IMG/VR virus record: IMGVR_UViG_3300032245_001860
Span: 62,001 to 126,000 of that record
Reading direction: 5' to 3' (one strand)
Length of the DNA stretch: 64,000 nucleotides
A program made the position numbers and the translations under genes. Within the stretch, counting starts at the first letter, position 1. The number at the start of each line of letters is the position of its first letter. Positions 48,929 to 57,776 of this stretch are shown piece after piece. The notes under the pieces are model-generated. The model searched no databases. It was not told where the DNA came from and worked only from the letters and a program-made list of their open reading frames with translations.

Positions 48929-49624
48929 ATGGCGACCGAAGATCCAAAAATTGTAAGAATAGTTCAAAAAGCAAAAAAAGGTGACGAAAAATCTTTTAAA
49001 ATGCTGCTTAAGATGGTAGATGGTGACTTGCGTAAAATCGCAGGTCATTATTTTATTCTTGGCGGTGACCGTGAAGATGTCATGCAAGAGTTGAGACTTG
49101 GAGTTTACAAAGCAGTAAATTCATATGACCCAACAAAAGACACCACTTTTAAAAACTTTTGTGTTAATTTAGTTTGTAAGAGACATTTAGCAACAGCCAT
49201 TTCGTCTGCAAAAAGAATGAAAAATTCAGTGTTGAATGATTCTATTTCTTTAGATGCTCCAATTATTTTAGGAGATGACGGCAATTTACAAACTCTTGCA
49301 GACTTTATTCCAGAAAAACAAAACCCATACGATGAATCACCAGAAGTTAATCTTGTTGAAGATATCATAATCAAAGAAGAATATGAAATCAATACACAAA
49401 AACTATTAACAAGACTTACTCCATTAGAAGCTGAAATTTTTAATGAGTATGGACTTAATTCATCATATAAAGAAATTTCAATTACTCTTAATGTTCCTGC
49501 CAAATGCGTTGACAATGCACTTACAAGAATTAGAAAAAAAGCTAATGAAGTGTATATTCAATACAGAAAAGATGATGAAAAGAAGGAACCATATGGAGAA
49601 ATTGATAAAAACCCTAACAAGTAA
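48929..49624 (+). CDS. sigH: SigH-like RNA polymerase sigma factor
   Basis: YFILGGDREDVMQE..LGVYKA, TAISSAKRMK..LNDSISLDAPI, SYKEI...KCVDNALTRIRKK, characteristic of SigH. Confidence 0.85.
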   Translation: MATEDPKIVRIVQKAKKGDEKSFKMLLKMVDGDLRKIAGHYFILGGDREDVMQELRLGVYKAVNSYDPTKDTTFKNFCVNLVCKRHLATAISSAKRMKNSVLNDSISLDAPIILGDDGNLQTLADFIPEKQNPYDESPEVNLVEDIIIKEEYEINTQKLLTRLTPLEAEIFNEYGLNSSYKEISITLNVPAKCVDNALTRIRKKANEVYIQYRKDDEKKEPYGEIDKNPNK

Positions 49625-49634
49625 TATCTAACCC

Positions 49635-49663
49635 TTGCCAAATATTCTACGATGAAGTAGAAT
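49635..49663 (+). promoter_or_regulatory. sigmaA-type promoter of leaderless purA
   Basis: TTGCCA-17 nt-TAGAAT, 7 nt before ATG 49671. Confidence 0.7.
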
Positions 49664-49670
49664 ATTTATT

Positions 49671-50666
49671 ATGGAAACTTCAAATGTTGACGTTGTAATC
49701 GGCATGCAATATGGCGATGAAGGCAAGGGAAAGATAGCCAATCAAATGGCTTCAACTGGTGAATATGACTATGTTATCCGCTTCAATGGTGGAGGCAATG
49801 CTGGTCATACAATTTACCTCAATGGAGAGAAAATTGTTACACATCTTGTTCCTTGCGGGATTATGCATGGTGTTACTTCTGTCATCGGTAATGGTTGTGT
49901 TATCAATACACAAAAATTATTTGACGAACTTGAGTATCTTAAAGGATTTGGATTCGATACATCGCTTCTAAAGATTGCAAAAAACGCACACATAATTACT
50001 CAAGAACATATTGACGAAGATTCCAAAGATACTAAAATTGGAACAACTCGCACTGGTAATGGCCCTTGTTATAGAGACAAAGTGGCTCGTACTGGAATTC
50101 GTGCCGAGTATATTCCTGAATTAGAACCTTTTTTGATTGATATGCATAGTCTAATTCATGCAGAACCAAAGAAGTTTTTAGCTGAAGGTGCTCAAGGATA
50201 TTGGCTTGATATTGACTTTGGCGACTATCCTTTTGTCACATCTTCAAACACTGGTGTAGGAGCAGTACTAAATAATGGTTTCAATTTTAAGCAAGTACGG
50301 GATGTTGTCGGGGTTATCAAGTGTTATTCTACCTATGTTGGAGCTAAAGGATATCAAAAAGATGACGAGAGATTTGAACAACTCAGAGAAATTGGTCAAG
50401 AGTATGGAGCTACGACAGGAAGACCAAGACAAATCGACTGGCTAAATATTGATGAAGTGATAACAGCTTGCCAAATGAATGGCATAACTAAATTGATTGT
50501 CAATAAGATGGATGTTCTTAGTAAAGTAAATAATGGATGGAATTGGTACCAAGAAGGAAAGTTGCATTCAGTTGAAGATGAAGGTACATTTACACTTTGT
50601 CTGATGAGCAAAATCATGCAAAGCATTCCAAATATCAAATTTGAATTCCAAGGGCAACTACATTGA
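49671..50666 (+). CDS. purA: adenylosuccinate synthetase, short form
   Basis: QYGDEGKGK, GGNAGHT, IGTT, EGAQG, YPFVTSS, GATTGRPR, NKMD. Confidence 0.9.
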   Translation: METSNVDVVIGMQYGDEGKGKIANQMASTGEYDYVIRFNGGGNAGHTIYLNGEKIVTHLVPCGIMHGVTSVIGNGCVINTQKLFDELEYLKGFGFDTSLLKIAKNAHIITQEHIDEDSKDTKIGTTRTGNGPCYRDKVARTGIRAEYIPELEPFLIDMHSLIHAEPKKFLAEGAQGYWLDIDFGDYPFVTSSNTGVGAVLNNGFNFKQVRDVVGVIKCYSTYVGAKGYQKDDERFEQLREIGQEYGATTGRPRQIDWLNIDEVITACQMNGITKLIVNKMDVLSKVNNGWNWYQEGKLHSVEDEGTFTLCLMSKIMQSIPNIKFEFQGQLH

Positions 50667-51784
50667 AATTTAAACTCAAAAAGTCAGATTATTTAAGCAA
50701 ATTTTCTTTAATGAGCAAGCTTGATAAGATGAAAATTTCTTTGAATGAAAATAAAACAACAGGCTCTGATAGCCTGTTGTTTTATACCAATGATGGCATA
50801 TTAAATATTTTCCTAAGCAATGGTTTATCTTCTATAAATTTCAAGATGAATATTTCTGTAGATGAAGAAAAGAATTTTGCAGTGGATGCTAATCTTTTTT
50901 ATAATGCTTTTTCAAATTTTCCAACAGATGAAGTGCAATTTGCATATCTTGAAGATGACCATTCTCTTGTTTTTGGTAATAAGAAAACAAGAGTATCGCT
51001 TAGAACTTCTTTAGTTCCAAATATTGATGATTTGCTTTTCAATTCTTTTGATATTTCATCAGATGTAAAGTTTGACAATCTAAACTATTCAAATTTTTCA
51101 GATGCCTTGAGATTGACTTCTTTTTCATGTGCTCCTGATATAGATGAATACCCATATACTTCAATCTTAATGTTTGTTGAAAAAAATGAGTTCAATTGTT
51201 GTTCTTCTGACAAACATAGAATTTCTATATATGGCAAAAAATATACAAACCAAAGTTCTCATCTTCTTCCAAAATCTTCAGCAGATTTACTTTTAAATTT
51301 TGTAAATAAAAATGATGAATTTAAATTTACTATTTATAAAAGTAAACTATTTTTGAAGTGGGATTATAATATTTTTACAACGGCTCTTGAAAATAATTCT
51401 TATCAGAGTGTATTTGAAAATTACAATAAGTTTTTTTCAGAATCGAATCATGTATTGTCTACTAAAGTTGACAAACAACAAATACTTCAATCTATCAAGT
51501 TCATTGGAAACATCTCATCTTCACATACTATAACCATGCATTTTGAAGCTGATCAACTCATTATCACAGGCTCAAGTGCAGACAAAGGAACTATAGTTGA
51601 TAAGATACAACTTGAGGAAGAAGTGGAGAGCTTAGAAGTTGTATATCTTGCAAACCATCTTCTTAAAGTTATTGAAATTCTTCCGCAAGATCAAATAACC
51701 TTAAATGTCAAAGAATACAATGGATTTTACTTGCTCATGGTTGAAACATTAAGTTATAATCACATTGTTTTTCCAATGGGTTAA
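50663..51784 (+). CDS. dnaN: DNA polymerase III beta sliding clamp
   Basis: 373 aa; SSDKHRI (ATDGHRL-like), C-terminal IVFPM; near dnaX and the holA-like gene. Confidence 0.7.
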   Translation: MKFKLKKSDYLSKFSLMSKLDKMKISLNENKTTGSDSLLFYTNDGILNIFLSNGLSSINFKMNISVDEEKNFAVDANLFYNAFSNFPTDEVQFAYLEDDHSLVFGNKKTRVSLRTSLVPNIDDLLFNSFDISSDVKFDNLNYSNFSDALRLTSFSCAPDIDEYPYTSILMFVEKNEFNCCSSDKHRISIYGKKYTNQSSHLLPKSSADLLLNFVNKNDEFKFTIYKSKLFLKWDYNIFTTALENNSYQSVFENYNKFFSESNHVLSTKVDKQQILQSIKFIGNISSSHTITMHFEADQLIITGSSADKGTIVDKIQLEEEVESLEVVYLANHLLKVIEILPQDQITLNVKEYNGFYLLMVETLSYNHIVFPMG

Positions 51785-51785
51785 T

Positions 51786-52784
51786 ATGTCAAGAATTTAT
51801 ATTGGATCAAAAGTAGCTGCAATAGATTCTGTCAAGAAAGAATTTCCTGACAGAATTCTTGTTTTATGTGATAATCCAGAAAATCAAGCAAAGAATTATT
51901 CTGTGTTCTTTGATCAAAATAAACTTTTTTTACATGATAACCCAAATGTAGAAAAGCTTAAGATTATTCAAACTCAGATTTCAACAAATAAAGGCACACA
52001 TTTTTTATTTTACGATGATGAGAGTTTTGATGGTCGAAACTCCTTAATTCAATCTATTAAGAAATCCAACCTTATATTTGATCATTCATATCCTTTGTAT
52101 GGTGATTATGCTGGCTTGAGAAGAGCTATTAATAGTTACTTAAATACATCTAAAAAATCAATAGATACAAATTGTTATGACTGGTTGTATAAAAATTGCC
52201 CCACTGTCAAAGTAAAATCTAAAACAACCGGATCTAAAAAAGAATCAATTTGCTATGATGTTGATTTATTGAACAAAGAGTTTGAAAAAATACTTTCAAT
52301 CAATAACAATATTAGCATTGAGGATTTACAAAACTCATCATTTGTAACTGACGCTGACATATTCGAATTTATTGAATATGTCTTGAATAACAATATTGAA
52401 GAAGCTTTTCTTTTATCAGAAAAGTTAATTGATTCTATTGGCGAACAAGCTTTATTGCTTATTCTTCTTTCACAACTTATCTTTGTTCTTGAAATAGTTT
52501 CATGTAAAGAAAATAATATTTACAACTTGGATGAAGTGACTAAGATTGTGGAGAAGAAAGATTTACTTGGAAAATACTTCAGTAATGATTGGCAAGAGTG
52601 TATTTTTACAACTAAAACTCAAAACCCTATTCGCATAAAAATTGAAATGTCAAAGAATAGACCAAGTTCTGACAAAATTTCACAGATGATAAGTTATGTG
52701 ATAGATTCTATTACGCACTTGAGAAATAATGGCAAGGTAGAACAAAGTATGTTTTTGCTTTTGAATAAAATGTTATCTGTATAA
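51786..52784 (+). CDS. putative DNA polymerase III delta subunit (HolA-like)
   Basis: FDGRNSL, DLLNKEFEKI, ADIFEFIEYVL; follows dnaN. Confidence 0.6.
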   Translation: MSRIYIGSKVAAIDSVKKEFPDRILVLCDNPENQAKNYSVFFDQNKLFLHDNPNVEKLKIIQTQISTNKGTHFLFYDDESFDGRNSLIQSIKKSNLIFDHSYPLYGDYAGLRRAINSYLNTSKKSIDTNCYDWLYKNCPTVKVKSKTTGSKKESICYDVDLLNKEFEKILSINNNISIEDLQNSSFVTDADIFEFIEYVLNNNIEEAFLLSEKLIDSIGEQALLLILLSQLIFVLEIVSCKENNIYNLDEVTKIVEKKDLLGKYFSNDWQECIFTTKTQNPIRIKIEMSKNRPSSDKISQMISYVIDSITHLRNNGKVEQSMFLLLNKMLSV

Positions 52785-52791
52785 TTTATGA

Positions 52792-53355
52792 ATGCAAGAT
52801 AACTATGAACATATTAATAAGCTTGTAGAGTTGTGTAAAAATGATGACTCTGATGCATTATTTCAACTATACGATTTCTACAAGCCATTATTGCTTTCAT
52901 CAGTAAGTCGTTGCATATATAAAAATCCAAAGCTTTCAAGATATAGAGAAGATATCTTCAGAGAGTCAGTGTTTGTACTGAAAAAGTTGATTGATCAATA
53001 CGATCCAACTCTTACTTATTTTTCTTACTTTTTATCAACCAGAATAGATATTAATCTTTTTAGATATGTAACTGACAAATACCAAACAGATGAATACTTT
53101 ATTGAAGACTATTGCCCAGACGAAGATTCATATGATCCGTTTAATAAAATAAATAGTGCAATTTCAATTCATGCAGCTTTGACAAAATTGAATGAAAAGC
53201 AACGTGAAGCTATTGAATTGTATTTTTTTGAAGGATTAGATCAAGAACAAGCATCAATTAAATTAAATATCACCCAAAGTTCTTTTTCAAAAAGATTGCA
53301 ACGAGGCTTATCTAAGATGAAAGAACTACTGGGTGATGATTTCTTACTTGACTAA
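52792..53355 (+). CDS. sigma-70 family sigma factor (regions 2 and 4, ECF-sized)
   Basis: ALFQLYDFYKPLL, YDPTLTYFSYFL, LNEKQREAIELYFFEGLDQEQASIKLNITQ; TATAAT 6 nt before the ATG. Confidence 0.85.
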   Translation: MQDNYEHINKLVELCKNDDSDALFQLYDFYKPLLLSSVSRCIYKNPKLSRYREDIFRESVFVLKKLIDQYDPTLTYFSYFLSTRIDINLFRYVTDKYQTDEYFIEDYCPDEDSYDPFNKINSAISIHAALTKLNEKQREAIELYFFEGLDQEQASIKLNITQSSFSKRLQRGLSKMKELLGDDFLLD

Positions 53356-56160
53356 TCTTCTGTGATTATATACTGATGCTTTTTTGTCAGATGTAAATGG
53401 ATCTTTAATATCATCAGGCTGTTCTGTTTCCATTTTTATATTGGAACCAGGTTGAGGTTTAGTAGGTTCAAGCCCAGGAAAATGTCCAGGAGCTCTTTTT
53501 CTACTATTAGGATCATTAGGATCTTCGCCTTCTTTCCAAGTCCAAGTGCCTTCTGGAATTTGCTTACCAGTATAAACAGGCATCATTTCATCAAACTTTC
53601 TTCCGCCAGGTATTTTTTCAGTATAGCCAATTAATGATTTAGTGATATCAGCAATATCTTCAGCTGTTGGTTTTTCCGGTTTAGCATCATCATCTTTCTT
53701 TTGTTGTTTTGCTCTTGTAGGATCATCTAAATCAAGAACATCACTTGTCAATAAACCATTAGCCACTGCATCAGCAACCTTGCCAAAATAATCTTTCAAG
53801 TATCCTTCTAAAACTGAGTCAGAAACATCACTAACATCAAATATCATCATTGTTCCAGATTTAATTAAATCTTCTTCAACTCTTTTGAGTTCATTTTCTA
53901 ATTCAATTTTCTTTGAATAATTAAGATCTCCTAATGACTCTAATTCCTTCTTGATTTGATTTTTTCTTTTAATCAAGCCTCTTCTAAAATCTCTTTTACC
54001 AGCGACAGTAAATATTTCATGGAATATAATTTCCAGTCTGTTTCTTTGTCTTTCAAGAATTTTTAATACAGCTTCTTGTGGATCAGGAATATCAATAGTA
54101 GTTCCATCTGGCTTTCTAATTTTACCAAAATTTTCTTTTTTGAATTCTGCTGAGGCATCTTCCATCATCAATCTTCGAACATTTGTACCGCCAGACATAA
54201 GATGGATTTTTTGATTGACAATATCTTGAAGCCATTGTTCTTTTGCTGCTTCGTAAACTGTTTTAGAAACCATTAAATTTGAAAGTCTATTTCTAAATAT
54301 TTCAGATAGATAAGGGATGTCACCGTGAACTCTTGCATACATTTCAGAAGGATTAATTAAGTAAGCTTCTTCTTTTGTAACTTCTGGATTAAGTTCTTCA
54401 GATGGAGCCATTATAAGATCGCCAGATGCAAGATAATGAAGAGCGTGAGCAATTTCATGTCTTCTTGTTGCTTCTGTAAATTTGGTATGTGAAATGCCCA
54501 AGTTTTCAGCTAATTGCTTGTGATGTTCTAATGAGTCATATGAATCAGTTCTTATGATGATTGCTGGCACATTTTCTCCAGATTGAGTTGGAAATCTTGG
54601 AACAAATAAGCCTCGCCATAGACCATCAACAAAATCAATGTCATTAATTTGCAATTTTGTAATTTTGTTTTTGTTTAAGAATGACTTGAGAGTATTGCTA
54701 TCAAATTCGAGTAAAGTTAATTTTTCAGCGTATTTTATAAGATCTTCTTTTGAAATAGTTGTATATTGTCTTTCTTGCTCCATTTTATCAAGATAACTTG
54801 TTGCAAATTGAGTGAACATTTGCTTAGATGATTTTTGTATTTCAAGTTCTCTTCTTTCAAAATCTGAAGCGTTGGCAGGTATGGATACAGATTCTACTGA
54901 TGGATCATAATCATTATTCCAAGTCTTTTCAATAGGATCTATTTTCTTAATCACACCCTCTTTAATTGCTTTAGATATGACATCTAACCCACTACTCAAG
55001 ATAGTATTCTTTGCTTGATTGCTTTTTGACGTTAGGGCGGCTAAATTAGGAAGTTGATTTCTTGCACCTGCTTTGAAATTATCTAATTTTTCAGGATTTT
55101 CTTCAAGATATTTCAACATGGTATCAACAGTAGCAAATCCTTGGTATAACCACAAATCCCTAATTTCATCTCCTTGTTTTTCACAGTATTCCTTAAATTC
55201 AGGATCTTGTCTTAATTGCTCAATATGAAAATCTTTGATATCCCAATCATATGAATATGTGTAAATTAAATATATAAATGATTCTAATAAAAATTGTTGT
55301 TCAGGATTTGTCTTCTTGATATAAAAATAAGTTTCAACTTGGCTGTAAGTATCAGAGTAATTAAATAGTTCCTTGACTGTGTATTCATCAAAAATACCAA
55401 TACAAGCTTCTATCAATGACATAAATTGATCAGGCTTGAGTCCACTTCTTGCATATGACACCATAAATGGTCTCAATCTGTTAGCAAAATCTGTATTTAT
55501 ATCAGTGTTATTAAGAAAATTTATTACGCCTTGATGGCTTTGGAATCTTTCCAAAAGTGGTTTTTCTGAAATTGCTCTATCAAGAATTTCTTTTCTGTCA
55601 ACATCATTAGGATTTACCCCAAATTTCTTAACATCACCATCTCTTATCATATACATCAAGGTGGATTCATTGATTTCTACACCTTTTGAGGAAAGTAAAT
55701 TTAATGTCTTAAAGCCTATTGAAGCTAAACTCTGGAAGCCATACTCCATTACTGTAGCACTTCCAGCCCCATCGCCTATCTCAATTGATCCATTATCTTT
55801 TTCTTTTAATAATTGAGTTATTTTGCCTAAGTAATCTAATATAAGAAAAGTTTCTGAATCTGGCGTACCAATCTTCTTCAAGTGGTTATCCACAAACTTT
55901 ACAATTGATTTTCCAAAAAATTCTAAATCTGAATGATATTTTGATATGTTGCCTTCACACATTTTAAGATAATTGATTTGCGTGACATATTTAATAAGCT
56001 GCGACATAGAGTAAACTGTAGGCATTTTATTAGGATCATTAAAGTTAGCACCTTTTAGTGTTTCTTTGAATGATCCACCCCATTCAAACTTAGGAGATGA
56101 CAATACATCCCATGCATCAGCTGCTTCTACTATTCTTTTTGATCGTTTGTAGTTCCACAT
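53344..56160 (-). CDS. large tagged protein with a zincin-like metallopeptidase domain
   Basis: 938 aa; MWNYKRSKRIVEAA; RRHEIAHALH plus YLINPSEMYAR; ends KKASVYNHRRLVK. Confidence 0.65.
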   Translation of the reverse strand: MWNYKRSKRIVEAADAWDVLSSPKFEWGGSFKETLKGANFNDPNKMPTVYSMSQLIKYVTQINYLKMCEGNISKYHSDLEFFGKSIVKFVDNHLKKIGTPDSETFLILDYLGKITQLLKEKDNGSIEIGDGAGSATVMEYGFQSLASIGFKTLNLLSSKGVEINESTLMYMIRDGDVKKFGVNPNDVDRKEILDRAISEKPLLERFQSHQGVINFLNNTDINTDFANRLRPFMVSYARSGLKPDQFMSLIEACIGIFDEYTVKELFNYSDTYSQVETYFYIKKTNPEQQFLLESFIYLIYTYSYDWDIKDFHIEQLRQDPEFKEYCEKQGDEIRDLWLYQGFATVDTMLKYLEENPEKLDNFKAGARNQLPNLAALTSKSNQAKNTILSSGLDVISKAIKEGVIKKIDPIEKTWNNDYDPSVESVSIPANASDFERRELEIQKSSKQMFTQFATSYLDKMEQERQYTTISKEDLIKYAEKLTLLEFDSNTLKSFLNKNKITKLQINDIDFVDGLWRGLFVPRFPTQSGENVPAIIIRTDSYDSLEHHKQLAENLGISHTKFTEATRRHEIAHALHYLASGDLIMAPSEELNPEVTKEEAYLINPSEMYARVHGDIPYLSEIFRNRLSNLMVSKTVYEAAKEQWLQDIVNQKIHLMSGGTNVRRLMMEDASAEFKKENFGKIRKPDGTTIDIPDPQEAVLKILERQRNRLEIIFHEIFTVAGKRDFRRGLIKRKNQIKKELESLGDLNYSKKIELENELKRVEEDLIKSGTMMIFDVSDVSDSVLEGYLKDYFGKVADAVANGLLTSDVLDLDDPTRAKQQKKDDDAKPEKPTAEDIADITKSLIGYTEKIPGGRKFDEMMPVYTGKQIPEGTWTWKEGEDPNDPNSRKRAPGHFPGLEPTKPQPGSNIKMETEQPDDIKDPFTSDKKASVYNHRRLVK

Positions 56161-56309
56161 AATACTTATTATGTTTTGTAAAAGAACTAAAAAATCCTAT
56201 GGAATAAAATTTCTAATTTTATGTAATATACTTATATGTTCCAAGAAATCCCTTAAGACACGCTATAACTACGTCTGAGGGATATTTTTCTTTTAAGGGG
56301 AGAATCACT

Positions 56310-57023
56310 GTGGTTGAAAAAAATACATCCGATGACATGATTTATAATTGGCGCAATGAATTGCGTTCACATAAAGATGGCGTAGTTGTTGTAGCCAGTT
56401 CCCAAGCAGCTCAATATAAAGCTCAAGGTTACAATAAATCCGAAGTGGTTGAACTTCTTGCAGCAGACAATTTTGATATTGATGTTGCAAACAGAGTGGC
56501 TTCTAAGTTGTTTGATTCACCAACTGTTGCCATTAAGGAAACAGTTCAAGTTGCAGTAGTTCCAACAAAGTATGATGATTGTGTTCCAGTGATTGAAAGA
56601 TCCTTGGAAAAATACAGCGCAAAAGAATTTGTAAAGAGACTTTGTACTGGACCTCATTCTATTGTAAAAACAGATGATAAAGGTATTCAAACTTGGCTCA
56701 GAGCTGCAGAATTAGCAAAGACTAATTCAAATGGCAGAACAAATTTACATGCTGCACTTAAACCTTGGGTAGAAGAAGCATTATTAAATTCTGTTTTAGT
56801 TGCACAATCCGAAAAGCCTCAAGTAAAAACTGCTTCTAAAAATAAGTATGTTGTAAGTAACAGAAAAGGCACTGCAGAAGTTGACCTTGCAAATGCTACT
56901 TCAACCAGCGAAAAATTTACAAAAGGCAACTATGCTGATTTTGGTTTAGCTGACGAATATATGGTAGGTGCAGCAGATTCTGTTTCCCCTTATCAAAGAT
57001 TGAAAAGAGCCTTAAAAGACTAA
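56310..57023 (+). CDS. hypothetical protein, putative head-associated
   Basis: GTG start after AAGGGGAG; contains RVAS and VKTAS motifs. Confidence 0.65.
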   Translation: MVEKNTSDDMIYNWRNELRSHKDGVVVVASSQAAQYKAQGYNKSEVVELLAADNFDIDVANRVASKLFDSPTVAIKETVQVAVVPTKYDDCVPVIERSLEKYSAKEFVKRLCTGPHSIVKTDDKGIQTWLRAAELAKTNSNGRTNLHAALKPWVEEALLNSVLVAQSEKPQVKTASKNKYVVSNRKGTAEVDLANATSTSEKFTKGNYADFGLADEYMVGAADSVSPYQRLKRALKD

Positions 57024-57041
57024 TCATATAAAACTTAAACT

Positions 57042-57068
57042 AAACAAGCCGCTATATGCGGCTTGTTT
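57042..57068 (+). terminator. intrinsic terminator
   Basis: aaacaagccgc-tatat-gcggcttgttt. Confidence 0.8.
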
Positions 57069-57089
57069 TGCTTTTGTATAAAATTTACT

Positions 57090-57776
57090 ATGTCAGATAA
57101 AAATGAAGAAATTGTTGATGTAATTGTACCTGCGTCAGAAAAAGTAGTAACTGGGCCTGCTAAGTTATTCAGAGAATTGAAGGAAACAGATAAACCATAT
57201 CACCCTTTACCTCCTGACAACATGAATGACATTTCTTATCCTCAATTTTTAGAACCAAGGTGCTCAATTTGTTCTTCCCCATTTAGAGATTTAGCAGAAC
57301 ATGTATTTCTTGAAAGTGGTAAGAAACCCCAGTCTGTCATTCAATTCTTTGCTCATTATTTTGATGCTAAACTAAATTGGATGCAGATTAACACTCATAT
57401 GGAGCAACATTGTGATTTCAAAAAAATCTCAACATCTGGTTTAAAAAATTATGAGCAAAGAGAAGAACTTATTGCTCCTTGGATTTTTAGAGAACACCAG
57501 TTAGCTCTCACTGCTCTTTTAGTTGAACTTGATGATGTAAGGGGCATGGATTGTTCCAAAAACAATGACTTAAAGCTTAAAAGAGCATCTATGGTTGAAA
57601 AGTTAATTAGTAAAATCTTATATGTAAAAGAACAAAGAGATAATCAAGGTGTTTTTGCTATAAACATATTTGAAATTCTTGTCAAATTGCACGAACAAAT
57701 GGAAAGTGAAGCAGATAAGAAAATTATCAGAGATGAGATGCAATTTTTAAGACAAAAAATACAAGCTGATAACTAA
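57090..57776 (+). CDS. putative terminase small subunit
   Basis: CSIC...HMEQH Zn/HTH-like N-terminus, helical C-terminus; TAATG-coupled to TerL. Confidence 0.55.
   Translation: MSDKNEEIVDVIVPASEKVVTGPAKLFRELKETDKPYHPLPPDNMNDISYPQFLEPRCSICSSPFRDLAEHVFLESGKKPQSVIQFFAHYFDAKLNWMQINTHMEQHCDFKKISTSGLKNYEQREELIAPWIFREHQLALTALLVELDDVRGMDCSKNNDLKLKRASMVEKLISKILYVKEQRDNQGVFAINIFEILVKLHEQMESEADKKIIRDEMQFLRQKIQADN

Noticed and set aside
38419-49624. Bacterial chromosome origin of the window
   Set aside because: Terminase, split primase and Rad50, many ORFans, dense packing and no ribosomal or envelope housekeeping operons point to a phage.
49671-50666. PurZ / 2-aminoadenine (Z-genome) pathway
   Set aside because: The catalytic Asp in GDEGKG is retained (PurZ has Ser), and no DatZ- or MazZ-like neighbours were recognised in the window.
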